Source: Antedon mediterranea (taxonomy: Eukaryota > Animalia > Echinodermata). From it: 64,000 nt of DNA. Positions 52,430-64,000 of this stretch are shown here, one piece after another (positions within the stretch are counted from its first letter, which is position 1; each line of letters begins with the position of its first letter). The stretch covers positions 15,030,371 through 15,094,370 of the forward strand of contig NC_092678.1 of assembly GCF_964355755.1 (NCBI RefSeq). The letters run 5' to 3'. Both the position numbers and the translations under genes were made by a program. A model generated the notes under the pieces. It did not search any database and was not told where the DNA came from. It was given only the letters and a program-made list of their open reading frames with translations.

Positions 52430-55400
52430 AAAATAATTTAGTTTGACTGGTATTGACTCTCTCATGCATGCATTTGAATACGTAAACATGCTGATAGTCA
52501 CATTTATAATTATTGTGTGTATATTTTCGTAAAATGGGAACCCTGAACAAACAAGGTAGAAAATGAAAATGTGTGGAATGAAGAAGTGAACCGCTTTTAT
52601 CTAGAGCTTTATAGGTAAAAGTCGTAAAAATGATGATTTCAACTCTAGTTTATAAATAATGTATAATGCTACACAGTATTCAATGCAATGATATGTAATT
52701 GCTAAACATCTATTTTATTAAACTAAAGATTCAATTCCGTCTGCTTGGTAGTCATGCGAAACCTCTTTATTTCCAATGATAACGACCGAGTTCACAAACA
52801 CTATAGTACTACACTTTATTTGTTTAAAGCTACGGTTATTCAAAAGAAAGCATAAATATGTATGGGTTTAGCAAACGTAGCCATTATACAGTTGGAGTGC
52901 CGTGGAATTATATGTAAGTTGTTTAGCTTCTATTGTTTCTACTGGTTAGTTGTACCCTACATTTATGCTAGTATAAATTACATTCTGACTGTAATGCAGT
53001 ATACGTTATTGTTTTTGTTAACTATTTTTTTATATTTCTCGCCTCTTGTTGGTATGTATTTTCTCTGTTTGGTCAAGAGTTTATTTATTATTAGTGTGAC
53101 AATGCCGTAGTCAAGATTATTTATGTTTTGATTTCAATTTCATTAATAAGTTGACTATTTTCAATCAATGTACAGTTTTACAGACCACTACATGTTTTAT
53201 TCATTCAGGGTAAATATTAGGCCTAGAGATATTTTATATGTTGTTTTGAATTTGAATAGAGAGTCTATAATGTTTGTCTTTCGTACACACCACATCTAAA
53301 ATAAAACTAATTCGTCACTTTCACAAATTGTAGGTACTTTTTGAGATATCATATAGTTTTCCTGACACTTCAGTGTTGGTTTAGTTAGTTAAGTGGCTTC
53401 CAGGTACGCGTGCCCTCATTTGGCAACATTTTTGTTTTCAATCATGCTAACAAATAAACTATATAGGGCGTTATCGAGTCAATTGAACATACATGAGGAT
53501 ATCTCTCCTCCAATACTCTTTACGTTTATATGTTATTTGTTAAAATATGTTTTTAACAAATAACAGATAAACGTAAATTTGATAAATACAGTTTTAGAAA
53601 GTGCACAATCATATTAACGTTTACATGCTTTTTTGCATGCAATGTTCCCCAAAAGCCTAATTATTTTCATTGCAAGTGTATTAAGACAAAGTCTACTAAA
53701 GGTGCAATAATTATCGCCACCTTAGTTTTAGCCAAGTTAAGCCTCCCCTAGCTAATGCATGTTCTGCATCAGTATGATATGCCAGACAGGTAATGCCAAG
53801 AAGCTCATGAATAATTAGGACTTCCATAGAAATCCCCTAACCCCTGAAAAAGGGTTGTAAAAATATTCTATATTTTTTAAAAATAAGTTTATATTGGTAA
53901 ATTTTAGTTGAGCATTTATTTTCCCATCATCAATATTAGTTGACATGGTGAACAGTTAGAAATTTAAATATTGGCTAACACCTTTAAGACATGTCAAGAT
54001 GTATTATTTTAGTTTTACTGGTAGGCCTATTCACTCCCTCGTGCATGTATTTAAATATGTACTCTCAAGCTTTTAGTCAACTTTATAATGTTGTATAGTT
54101 TCAGTAAATCGGAAACCGATACAGACCGCACAAACAAAAACATTTGTGGAATGAAGAAGTGAACGGCATTTACATAGTCTAGAGCTTTATTGCTAGTACA
54201 TGATATATAATCAGTCAACATGATGATTTCAACTGTAGTTTGATCAATAATACGTATCATGCTACACTGTAGTCAATACAGTGATAGATATTTACTCAAA
54301 GTATATTATCATTAAACTAAAATATTCATTCATTTTTGTTTGTTTGGTAATCATGCGAAACCTCTTTATTTTAAATTATAACGACCAAGTTCATAATCAC
54401 AATAGTCCTACACTTTATTATATTTGTTTAAACAAAAAGCTACGGATTTACAGAAGAAAGCCTCAAATATGTATGGTTTTATTATACTGTTTGAGTGTCG
54501 TGAAGTTATATGTAAGTTGTTTTAGCTTCTACCGATTAATGTTACCCTATGCTAGTATAAATGTAGTTTGGTAATCGAGTGGTTAGGACACTTGACTGTC
54601 ACCCAGGTGGTTAGGACACTTGACTGTCACACAGAGAGACCTGGGTTCAATTCCCCAACACTCCCAGTCTACTCAGCTGTAAATGAGTACTTGATTGAAA
54701 ATACTAGAGAGAATAAGGCGGCGTGGAAAGAAATTTGCTACCCTACCACATAATGGCGGGGCATGTAGAATTAGCTCATTACCCTATGTTCAGAATTAAA
54801 TACGGGACCTTTACCTTTTTAGTATAAATCACATAAACTGTTTTGAATTTTTTTCATCCATGTTTTTTTTATTTCCTCGCCTCTTGTTGGTATGTATATT
54901 CTCTGTTTTACCATTTGTGTATTTATAATATTGTGACAATTCCGTTTCAATTTCATTAATATGGTTAATATTTTCAATGTGCAGTTTTACAGTTATCGGG
55001 ACCATATTGCGAATAGCGATGTTGTTGTGGCCAAAGTGCATATCGGCCTCACTCCTCCAATCCTCTTTACTTTTATCTGTTATTTGTTAAAATTATAATG
55101 TTTTATTTGTTAAACAGTTTTAGAAAAGTGCAAAATCATATTACGTTTACATGCTAGTGTATGCAATGTTCCTCGAAAACCTATTTATTTTCTTTGCAAA
55201 TGTATGAAGGCGAAGTCTACAAAAACCGCACCAATTATCATCATCTTAGTTTTAGCCAAGTTAAGCCTAGCCTAGCCAATGCATGTTTTGCATCAGCAAT
55301 TAGAGGTATCATTGCCAAACAGGAAATACCAAGAAGCTTATGAATAATAATACCCTAACAACTGAAAAGGGGTTAAACCTTGAAACAAGACAAATTATTT

Positions 55401-56350
55401 TATTTTTTATAAATCAGGTTATAATGGTAAATTTTACGTTAAACCTTTATGTTTCCATCATCAACAGTTCTTGACATGGTGATACAATGTTAGAAATTTA
55501 ATTATTTAAGAACAGATGTATATTTTAGTTTGGCTGGTAGGCCTTTTAATTCCCACATGCATGTATTTGAATATGTACTCATTCTTATAGTTAACTTTAT
55601 AGTGTTGTATAGTTTCAGTAAATTGGAAACCGGAAAGGACAGTACAGAAAATAAACATTTGTGGAATTAATAAGAGAACCGCAATTGTCTAGAGCTTTAT
55701 TGCTAGTAGATGATATATAATCCGTTGACATGATGATTCCAACTCTTGTTTTATAAATATATTTATGATGCTACACAGTAGTCAATACAACTAAAGATGA
55801 ATTCATTTTCGTTTGTTTAGTAGTCATGTGAAACCTCTTTATTTTGAATGAAAACCCCCGAGTTCACAAACACAATAGTCCTACACTTTAGTTGTTTATA
55901 CAAAAAGCTACGGTTATGCAGAAGAAAGCCTTAACTATGTATGGGTTTGTAAACGTAGCCATTATACTGTTGGAGTGTTATGGAATTATATTGACGTTGC
56001 TTTAGCTGCTATCGATTAGTTTTACCTTACTGTTATACTAGTATAAATGACATTCCGAATGTAATGCAGCATACTATGTTATTGTTGAGTTGTTTTTCTA
56101 TTTTGTTCAGACATCTTTTTGTTGGTATGTATTTTCTGTTTTCATTTAAATGTATGAAGGTTCAATAAATGTACAGTTTTCGTGAACCATTAGATGTTTA
56201 ATTTATTCAGGAAAATTATTCCATTTATTTTCAGTGTAATTTTAGCTTGTGTTTTTACTTTTAATAAAGCGTCTACTATGTCAAGTCATTGTTTGATTTT
56301 GTCACTTTCACAAATTATAGGTAATTTTTGTGATAAAAATAACTTTCCTG
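52430..56350. repeat. Diverged ~1.5-kb non-coding tandem duplication (about 2.5-3 copies)
   Basis: tgtggaat..a.aag.gaac.gc anchors at ~52572, ~54145 and ~55660 with collinear downstream blocks. Confidence 0.8.
54560..54820 (+). mobile_element. tRNA-derived SINE with duplicated A-box region
   Basis: GTGGTTAGGACACTTGACTGTCAC x2, B box GGTTCAATTCC, CAGCTGTAAATGAGTAC, tail ACCTTTACCTTTT; absent from the sibling duplication units. Confidence 0.7.
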
Positions 56351-57790
56351 ACATTTAATAAAAAAAATCCCTGCAAACGCAACATGCACGTACGTTAGTA
56401 TGATAGTAAATTGTTGCCATGCTATGATCTGAAGCATAATTTGCTTATAGTGCTGAATTGTGCCTATTATTGTGTTATATAATAATACAGTTAAGAGTAT
56501 GTTGCACATAAAAAGAGTGGCTTTTTTTAATTTTAAGTTGCTACATAACATTTTACCAACTAGGTGTAAGCTAAAATTATGAAATTTGTCAAACAGTAAA
56601 TATTGTAATGAGGAGGTTGAAAATGAAAAACATATGTTATTTACATGCAAAGAAGTAAAACATTGCTGGGTAAAATGTTGCGCTATGCTGAAAACATGTT
56701 TTGCATTTACTCAGGAAGTTACATTGGAGAAAATTGTACTTGGAAAATAAGATGTCAAAATTACTGAAATATTTTCCAATTTAACTTTCTGTGTTTATAA
56801 AAGTAAAGTCAAACATAGACTAGGACTTGTCAAAAAATGTCCATGGTTAATGTTCACTGTGGAGTTAGAAGGTATAATCAATTGTGAGTTTTTAATAAAT
56901 AAAGAAAAGGCAAAAAAAATGTGGTCAGATATGGACCGTAACAATTTAGCAAGGTATAAAATTAACGTTTATAAAATTGATATTTAGGTAAAGTAAAATA
57001 TAACTTTTTTTTTTGATTGCCTGAAAGAGATAAAAAGAATTATAAAATAAAGAATTATGTGGTAAATTATACGTACATTGTTAAGGATTGAAAAACGTGT
57101 AAAGTGTGTATAACATAGAGGAAAATGTTTTTTTTCCTCTTTCCTTATACTATTATATATAAAATGTAATGGTAGGAGTGAGATATCAGATGTAGTGAAA
57201 GTTATTTAATGTCAATTATAGTGTATTGTATCATTACATTACTCTTGTGCAATGCATTGTAAACGAACATTTTATTGATGAAGAAATAAAAGTGGGTTGA
57301 TTCTACATAAGACAAACAAAAAACAACATTTACATTTACAGTTTTTGACGCAATATTCTCCAAAAAACCGTAATTATTAATTTTCGAACTTTTTTTTGTG
57401 AGAAATTAAAAGTCTTCATTTGAAGAAACTTTCTGTGATACTTTTCATAAATCATATTACACAATAGTCTTAATAATCTTTTTGTATAGATCGAGCTTAA
57501 TTTCTTCTTGTTCTGTTTTATTGTGCACGTAGGGTTCTTGTCCTGTATCCAACAGAAAGTCACGTGCTCTTAATGAGCAATGTTTGTATTGTACTTCAAA
57601 TGTTTTTGACAACTGAATATTAATACTAGTGTTCACTAATAGTATTGCTGTATACATATTATATATTAATGTTGTATCAAAACTTGTATTGTAATAATAA
57701 TATTTAATTCGATTAATAATATCATCTTCAGATAATCAAATCAAACTAAACCAGCAAAGAGCTTTATGAAGACTAAGTATAGTACTTAAG

Positions 57791-60700
57791 ATGTCGAGGT
57801 GAGTTGTAAAGTTGAAGAGTTACAATACTATACGAACACGGCTACGAAAAACATAAATGCTATCATTTTTTTTAATTATTGATGTAACTCATTCTATATT
57901 TCATATTTGACCATTACAGATTACAAGATGCTTTTAAGATGAATGACTTGCAACAAATTAAAGAAATATGTCAGAAAAATCCAGATCTTTTGAAAAACAA
58001 AGATGAGGTAAAACAAAAGATAGACTTTCCATATTATTACTAATAAGAAAGTATAGTAATTCATTTAGTTCCAAGAAGATCATACATTTATGTAAATTGT
58101 AAAGTGTAATCATTATACCTATATTCAAATATAATGAATACTGTTTAATATCCTGGATCAATAACATATGCTTTAGTGACGAATGCTGCAAATTAAATAA
58201 ATAAATAAATTTAGTGACATTATTTATCGGTACTTACTGTTAATGTTTGTCTTAAATTATGAGATCGATGTGTACGGTTACTGTAGAGGGTTGGCCGATT
58301 AGTTAGACGGTCAGAATGACAGTTTCAAGTCAAGAGCCATTTTTTTGTATGTGAAATAATTATAATAATTAAGTTCATCCAAATCCAATCTAGTAAAACT
58401 TTTTCGAAATCATTATCTATATATAAATTTACGTAAGGGAAAAATTCGGTAAATCGCGCGTTATTTCTAGAATGTTTACTCGATGGTATATAAAGTTGGT
58501 TCGTACATTCGGTACTGATTTTAACCGCCTGATGTAACCCTGTTTACTAATTAAATTGAGTTCGATAATTAGTTATTGACGATTAAAACGAATTTAGGTT
58601 CAACGATTTGCCCCAAATAGGGGTGTTTTTCGATCGTGGTATACACTGTCTAATGGATGTCCGTCTTGAAAAATACCCGCAGACGATAATACGAGGATGC
58701 TTCGCATTTTCCTATCTTCTCCTACGATAATTGTTTTTAATGGCTGAAAACCGGTTGAACAGCTCGAGTACAGCATCATAATGTTGAAGACAGGCCGATT
58801 TTCTTTAAAAAATACTATTTTGATAGATTTAATATACGTTTATACAAATGTATTGATTTGCGATGAATGGAACATTCCAATCTCTGTTCCACAAGTGTCT
58901 ATTCCCTCAGGCGTCGTAAAGGCAAGTACTGTATACTCATAACAGAAATTCGATCCATTTTTTTTTTCAATCTGTGCTGCAGAGGTTGGATATACATTTT
59001 TTTTAAACGGATAAAGAGCTAGCGTTTTCACTCGCCGTATATTATTTATAAATCTTTATTATTGCAGTTAAACCACCCACATCATCACCCTTCCCTCACT
59101 GGCATGAGTAGCGTTGTAAAACCAGTAAAGGATAGGCCTACGGTACATCACATGCCCTAAACGCAGAACAACTTTGGTGGGTAGGGTAGGAACCAACTTA
59201 AGTATGAATTGGCTCTAAGAAACAATTGAAAACCATTAGGCCTACTAATTAAGTTAAGTTAAATAATTTAATATTTATTGACGATTAAATCGAATTTATG
59301 ATTTTCCCGAATAGAGGTGGTTTTCACAAATTGTTTTACATTATATAAACATATACACGTCGTAGTGATGTATCGTTACATGTAGGGCCCACTGTACTAT
59401 TTCAATCGACTAGGACGGTGATAGTTTCAACAAAGTATTACATCGCAATGTTTTACTGTGTTTAGTGGTATATTATTTGTAAAACATGAAAACAATAATA
59501 ATAATAATAATAATAACTGGTACTTGATATAGCGCATTATGCTGAAAGCCTCAATGCGCTTTACAAAGACAGAACAATTTATAAATTTACAAATTAAAAA
59601 GTGGGTTTTGAGGAGAGATTTGAAGACACTGGTGGAAGTAGCCTGACGGATTTCAATAGGCAACGCATTCCATAGAGAAACGGATGCCAAAGAAAATGAA
59701 CGATTTCCATAAAACTTAGTGGAAGGATGAAATATATGGGCAAGAAGAGACTCGGATCTAGATCTCAGAGACCGCTTAGGAACATAAGGTTGAATAAGTT
59801 CAATTAATATTTCGTTACTAAATGGATAAAGAATAATATTAAAAAATTGTTCCTCTTTGCACCCATCCTCTTCCCCATATCCATCCCTCAACCCTAATGT
59901 TACATACAAAACACAAATTAAGTTTGTTTAAATTTGACTTAAACAATTGGTTTCTCTTTCGGAAGTAATTCACATGGTGCTAATTTTAGTTGAGTACATA
60001 AATCACAGTGTCTATTTATTCGTTCCTGTAGGCTGTAAACGACATGTATTATTGTCCTGCGGTACGTACATATGAAATCGCCAGTTTTTTAACGCTGAAA
60101 TTATTATGTATTCGAGAACCATCTGTGTCTGTGGGCACGACCTAGATGGTACGCGAGCGAAGCGAGCGTACCATCTAGTACAGATAATTCATAATGGTGA
60201 CCAGACTCACATGTCTTTGTCAATCGACAACAGCAACTTTGTATTCACTTTTTTCGCTTATCATTATAGTAATTATAATTATTTTTTACTTCAGGGTTGT
60301 AACATAGCTGTTTGTGAGTATAAATGTAACTGATTTTAGTCATCAAAACAGTATTTAATTTACAACAGTTGTTAATTATTATGTGACATGAATAAAAAAC
60401 ATGTGTGCATTACAGCTGTAATCTATATTTATAAACTACATGATTATGATTTCTTTCTAGCAAGGATACACTCCACTACATGACTATTTACTATGTGCCA
60501 ACTCTACAACAGAAATAGTGGATTATCTCATACGGCACGGCGCATCAGCAACGTCACAAACTATGGTAATGTACACAAAATCATAATGCCCATACGATTA
60601 CAGTAGGTCTTTATGTCGTTATTATTAAAACAGTAGGCCTATCTGTTCCAGCAAACATCTCATTTCATTTATAATTTGTCATTTATATTTAAATTAATTA

Positions 60701-63330
60701 TTTAGAATTATTTATTGCGAATTTTTGAAGCAGTTATGGAATGAAACAATAAACGAAGGCATGCAATAACCGACATTTGTTTATAGAAACAATAATACAT
60801 TGCATAAAGTCAATTATGACATCATTATAATCGATTGTCATTCACACATTTAATTACAATTATAGTAGTACTTCAATGTATCTGTCTAATTTGTTTAAGT
60901 TGGTTTAAATAATATAATAATCAACTCTTGAATACTTTTATTTGGGTTATATTTTATATAAAGGCGTAAATTTTCTTTTTTGATTCAATCAAGTTAGTTC
61001 GATAGTTATGTACGAAATAAAAAAGTACTTACTACGACGTTTTGCAAACCGGTTTTTAAGTAGACTGATTGTTAGTTGCGTTGACGTTGGTCAGTACGGC
61101 GTGTTATATGTGACAAGCCAGATGTGTTGTAAATAAAGTACAAATAAATTTAGGTGGTTTTTATTGTTTTGTACACTCAGAAGATGTTGTCATGACACTG
61201 TAGAATTTACAACCATTATCAATGTGGCATGACCGAAAAATATGATTGCATTACATCTGGAATTGATATTTACTACTACATGTTTATGATTTCTTTCTAG
61301 CTTGGATACACTCCACTACATGTGTATTTAGGATGTTCCAATCCTACAAAAGAAATAGTGGATTTTCTCATACAACACGGCGCACAAGTAACGTCACAAA
61401 ATAAGGTAACATACAATTTTAGGAGGTCTATTATGCAAGTTTTAATAAAACATTATCGGTTCAAGCAAACATCTCTATTTCATTTGTAATATGTAATTTA
61501 TAATTAATATTAATTATTTTGAATTATTTATTGAGAAGCAGTTATTGAATGAAGCAAGAAATTAAGACATGCCATAACCGACATATATTTTTAGAAACAA
61601 TACTACATTGCATAAAGTCAATTAATATTAATTCACACATTGTATTACAATTATAGTAGCACTTTAATTTATCTGTCTAGGTTGTTTAAGTTGGTTTATA
61701 TAATATAATAATCGACTCTTGAAATAATTTTATTTGGGTCCTATTTTATAAAGGCGTAGACAAGTAGACTGTTGCGTTGACGTTGGTCAGTACGGCATGC
61801 TATATGTAACAAGCTATGTGTGGTAAATAATGTACAAATTAATTTAACTGATTTTTATTGTTTTGTACATTCAGAAGATTTTGTCATAACAATGTACAAT
61901 TTACAACCATTATCAATGTGGCATGACCAAAATATACGATTGCATTACAGCTGGAATTGATATTTATAAACTACATGATTATGATTTCTTTCTAGCTTGG
62001 ACACACTCCACTACATGTGAATTTACTATATGGCAATCCTACAACAGAAATAGTGGATTGTCTCATACAACACGGCGCAGATGTATCGTCACAAAATGAG
62101 GTAACATACAATTTTAGGAGGTCTATTATGCCAGTATTAATAAACATTATCGGTTCAAGCAAACATCTCTATTCGATTCATGACGTCTCTTTTATAATTA
62201 TATGAATTACTTAGAAGTATGTATTACAAATTCAAAAACAATTATAAAATAAAAAATTAATTAATTAAAAACTGTATTATGCAGAAATGCCATGATCGAT
62301 ATGTGTTTGTAAAACAATTATAACTAAGTGCGTCTCGCCAATTATGACGTCATATAATCGATTGTCATTCACACATTTGTATTACAATTATAGTAGTTCT
62401 TCAATTTCTCTGTCTATTTTTTTTAAAGTTGGTTAGAATATAATTAATATTCTTGAATTAATTTCATTGGGTCTTAATTTAACATAAACAAAATATGAAT
62501 ACATTGCATGAATATGACTTCTTTCTAGTATGGAGACACTACACTACATAGGTATTTGTGATATTCTAACAGCAATAGTGACTTGTGTCACATAGTATGG
62601 TGCATCAGTAACATCACAACATGTAGTAATGTACATACAATCATAGTGGTATTTATGTCATTATTGTGAAAACAGTATCTGTTCCAGCAAATATCTCTAT
62701 TTCATTTATAATATGTAACTTATAATTAATATTAATTATTTTGAATTATTTATTGCGAATTTTAGAAGCAGTTATTGAATGAAGCAAGAAATGAAGACAT
62801 GCCATAACCGACATGTTTTTTTAGAAACAATATTACATTGCATAAAATCAATTAATATTTAATTCACACATTGTATTACAATTATAGTAGCACTTTAATT
62901 TATCTGTCTAGGTTGTTTAAGTTGGTTTATATTATATAATAATCGACTTTTGAAATAATTTTATTTGGGTCCTATTTTATAAAGGCGTAGACAAGTAGAC
63001 TGTTGCGTTGACGTTGGTCAGTACGGCATGCTATATGTAACAGGCTATGTATGGTAAATAATGTACAAATGAATTTAGCTGGTTTTTATTGTTTTGTACA
63101 CTCAGAAGATTTTGTCATAACAATGTAGAATTTATAACTATTATCAATGTGACATGACCAAAATATACGATTGCATTACAGCTGGAATTAATATTTACTA
63201 CTACATGGTTATGATTTCCTTCTAGTCTGGATATACTCCACTACATTTGTATTTACTATGTGCCAACCATACAACAGAAATAGTGGATTGTCTCATACAA
63301 CACGGCGCAGAAGTAACGTTACGAAATAAG
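57791..63330 (+). CDS. Gene 2 (5' part): ankyrin-repeat protein related to gene 1, continues beyond the window
   Basis: ATGTCGAG|gtgagt 57791-57798; 57920-58007 (RLQDAFKMNDLQQIKEICQKNPDLLKNKDE); 105-nt ANK exons 60461-60565, 61301-61405, 61996-62100, 63226-63330; phases consistent. Confidence 0.85.
58416..60178 (+). mobile_element. Non-autonomous Helitron, copy 3 (with nested L2 fragment)
   Basis: A|TCTATATA...hairpin-CTAG|T. Confidence 0.9.
59495..59801 (-). mobile_element. 5'-truncated L2-type LINE 3' end
   Basis: PYVPKRSLRS...GNRSFS...LWNALP.EIR..TS..VFKSLLKTHF plus a (TTA)n tail; absent from the other Helitron copies. Confidence 0.85.
62529..62625 (+). pseudogene. Ankyrin pseudo-exon (97 nt, TGA at codon 11)
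   Basis: ttctag|YGDTTLHRYL*...|gtaatg; net 8 nt shorter than the 105-nt exons. Confidence 0.8.
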
Positions 63331-63773
63331 GTAACATACAATTTTAGGAGGTCTAATATGCCAGTATTAATTAAAACATTATCGGTTTAAGCAAACATCT
63401 CAATTCCATTTATGACGTCTCTTTTATAATAATATGAATTATTTAGAAGTAGGTATTGCAAATTCAAAAACAGTTATTAAATAAAAAAAATAAATTAATC
63501 AAAAACTATATTTTGCAGACATGCCATGATCGATATGTGTTTGGAAAAACAATTATTCCATAGTATAACTAAGTGCGTCTCGCCAATTATGACGTCATAT
63601 AATCGATTGTAATTCAAACATTTGTATTACAAGTATAGTAGTTCTTAAATTTATCTGTCTATTTTTTTAAGCTGGTTAGAATATAATTATTATTCTTGAA
63701 CTAATTTCATTGGGTCTTAATTTAACATAACAAAAAAATATGAATAAATTACATGAATATGACTTCTTTCTAG

Positions 63774-63870
63774 TATGGAGACACTACACTACATAGGTAT
63801 TTGCGATATTCTAACAGCAATAGTGACTTGTGTCACATAGTATGGCGCATCAGTAACATCACAACATGTA
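63774..63870 (+). pseudogene. Ankyrin pseudo-exon (97 nt, frameshifting)
   Basis: Duplicate of 62529-62625 with CGA instead of TGA; length is not a multiple of 3. Confidence 0.8.
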
Positions 63871-64000
63871 GTAATGTACATACAATCATAGTGGTATTTA
63901 TGTAATTATTATGAAAACAGTATCTGTTCCAGCTAACATCTCTATTTTATTTATAATATGTAATTTATAATTAATATTGATTATTTTGAATTATTTATTG

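Overview
AT-rich metazoan genomic DNA; an echinoderm, possibly a crinoid, is a tentative guess from the death-domain style. The ORF track misses the main content because it is spliced. (1) A + strand multi-exon gene (14235-44105, start not seen in the window) encodes ankyrin repeats - Roc GTPase - COR - tandem DED-like domains, with no kinase. Each ankyrin repeat is exactly one phase-0 exon, and intact exons are interspersed with pseudo-exons. (2) A second related gene starts at 57791 and runs off the right edge, again as an array of 105-nt one-repeat exons plus pseudo-exons; differences between its repeats are almost all amino-acid-changing. Together they look like a tandem cluster of modular, diversifying ANK-ROCO-DED candidate immune receptors (inference). 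The ankyrin-region introns are packed with nested transposons: an Academ remnant, a long-TIR foldback element with a CR1-group LINE fragment, a 9.1-kb CACTA/EnSpm-like element inserted into a splice acceptor, a TTAA-TSD element, Helitrons, SINEs and MITEs. A full-length but decayed Gmr1-like (IN-before-RT) Ty3/Gypsy LTR element lies between the two genes. All calls were made by eye; no database searches were run.
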